64,000 bases of DNA, from assembly GCA_027604505.1 (NCBI GenBank), contig JADIIX010000005.1, forward strand, positions 124,001 through 188,000. The letters are read 5' to 3'. A program made the translations under genes and the position numbers. The stretch is from Gonapodya sp. JEL0774. Its lineage: Eukaryota. Positions 62,988-64,000 of this stretch are shown here, piece after piece; the stretch's first letter is position 1; the number at the start of each line of letters is the position of its first letter. Below the pieces are notes generated by a model, which was not told the DNA's origin, searched no databases, and saw nothing but the letters and a program-made list of their open reading frames with translations.

Positions 62988-64000
62988 ATGTCTTCATTCA
63001 AAGTCTTCAACCCCGTGACGGGTGTCACCAGGAGGATCGCTGCGAGCGCTGATGCTGCGTGGGAAGATGTTGAGCAGCAAGTAAGTTGTCGCTCGCTCTT
63101 CTTTAATGCTGATATGCCCGCTCAAATCACGTACCTCGTCGTTCTCGTTGCCAATTTTGTTCAACTTCAGATCCGTACCATCTTCGCTGTTCCGCCCACA
63201 GACGCCATTGCTGTGACATACACGGATCACGACGGAGACGTTATCACCATCAGCACCACGCAAGAGTTCCGTGAGCTTGTTTCGTCCTCCACGTCAGTCA
63301 AGTTCGTGGTCACCACCTTGGCACCCAGCTCCAAGTCCAGCGAAAGCGATATCGACTTGGGCACTCCGAAATCAGACGTGGAGGCTAAGCGAGAGGGAGA
63401 ACGAACCTCAGCCGGGGAGGATGACAGTGCGGCGAGGAAGGACGATGAGGAGTGGGTGTTGGAACAGGTGCCCACTTCGGAAGCTGCGTCGGGTGAACCT
63501 GTCAACGTCGATGAATCGGAAAGCAATTCGAAAGAGGATGCAGAAGTCACAACTGACCGAGACGCACCAAACGATGAGCGTGAGAAGGTGAGCCGTCCCG
63601 TGCTCTCTGTTCATTTTCGTTCTTGTCTCACCTCCCGCCACTCTGAACTTCATCAGACAACTCTCGAGGACATCACTGCCTCTGAGGAATCTGCTTACCC
63701 TTCAGCCAACGGCGCGGTGGACCAGAAATCAATACTAGAGCCTGCAGAGACGGAGGTTGAGGCAAAGGAAGAGGCGACCGCTGAGAAGACAGCTGCGGGG
63801 GAGAGTCAACGTACAACGGCGGTCGACTCAGACAAGGACGCCGGCAAGAAGGCGGTGGACGATTCGGGGGAGAAGACTGGGACCGGAGAGTCACCAAAGA
63901 ATGGAGACGATGGGAAGGCAGAGTTCAGTCTCGAGGAAGAACTGGCAAAGGGCTTCGAAGAGGTACGGTTATTCTTGGGTTTCTTTCTGTCTGCTTCGTG
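62988..64000 (+). CDS. PB1-domain protein, copy B (runs off the window end)
   Basis: MSSFKVFNPVTGVTRRI...TYTDHDGDVITISTTQEF; near-identical to copy A, introns included. Confidence 0.8.
   Translation, partial: MSSFKVFNPVTGVTRRIAASADAAWEDVEQQVSCRSLFFNADMPAQITYLVVLVANFVQLQIRTIFAVPPTDAIAVTYTDHDGDVITISTTQEFRELVSSSTSVKFVVTTLAPSSKSSESDIDLGTPKSDVEAKREGERTSAGEDDSAARKDDEEWVLEQVPTSEAASGEPVNVDESESNSKEDAEVTTDRDAPNDEREKVSRPVLSVHFRSCLTSRHSELHQTTLEDITASEESAYPSANGAVDQKSILEPAETEVEAKEEATAEKTAAGESQRTTAVDSDKDAGKKAVDDSGEKTGTGESPKNGDDGKAEFSLEEELAKGFEEVRLFLGFFLSAS

Noticed and set aside
38960..64000. Inverted repeats as terminal repeats of a large transposon
   Set aside because: The arms are an intron-containing cellular gene, the interior holds housekeeping genes, and no transposase or recombinase is seen.

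Overview
Intron-rich eukaryotic DNA (GT-AG introns, many under ~150 nt). Gene content and divergence suggest an early-diverging, chytrid-like fungus; that assignment is inference. There is a 10-nt N gap at 12416-12425. Genes were assembled by hand across introns, so exon boundaries are approximate. Recognisable housekeeping genes: DBF4-like, BUD31, STI1/Hop, Ngl2/Angel-type nuclease, SAP18, Sec9/SNAP-25, CAF16 and a tandem cytochrome b5. The most interesting region is 33.8-53.7 kb: two coiled-coil alpha-kinase genes and three stand-alone vWA genes of the VwkA type. One kinase/vWA pair is head-to-head with only ~190 bp between the start codons, the vWA paralogs differ mainly in two loops predicted near the MIDAS site, and a nearby coiled-coil gene may be a kinase-less relative. 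Together this looks like a split, locally expanding vWA/alpha-kinase module. A recent inverted duplication of a PB1-domain gene (38.6-40.1 kb and 62.8-64 kb) brackets most of the cluster. Several decayed gene fragments (SNF2-like, hydrolase/Ngl chimera, cullin-like) suggest frequent local duplication. No rRNA, tRNA, CRISPR array or recognisable transposase was found.
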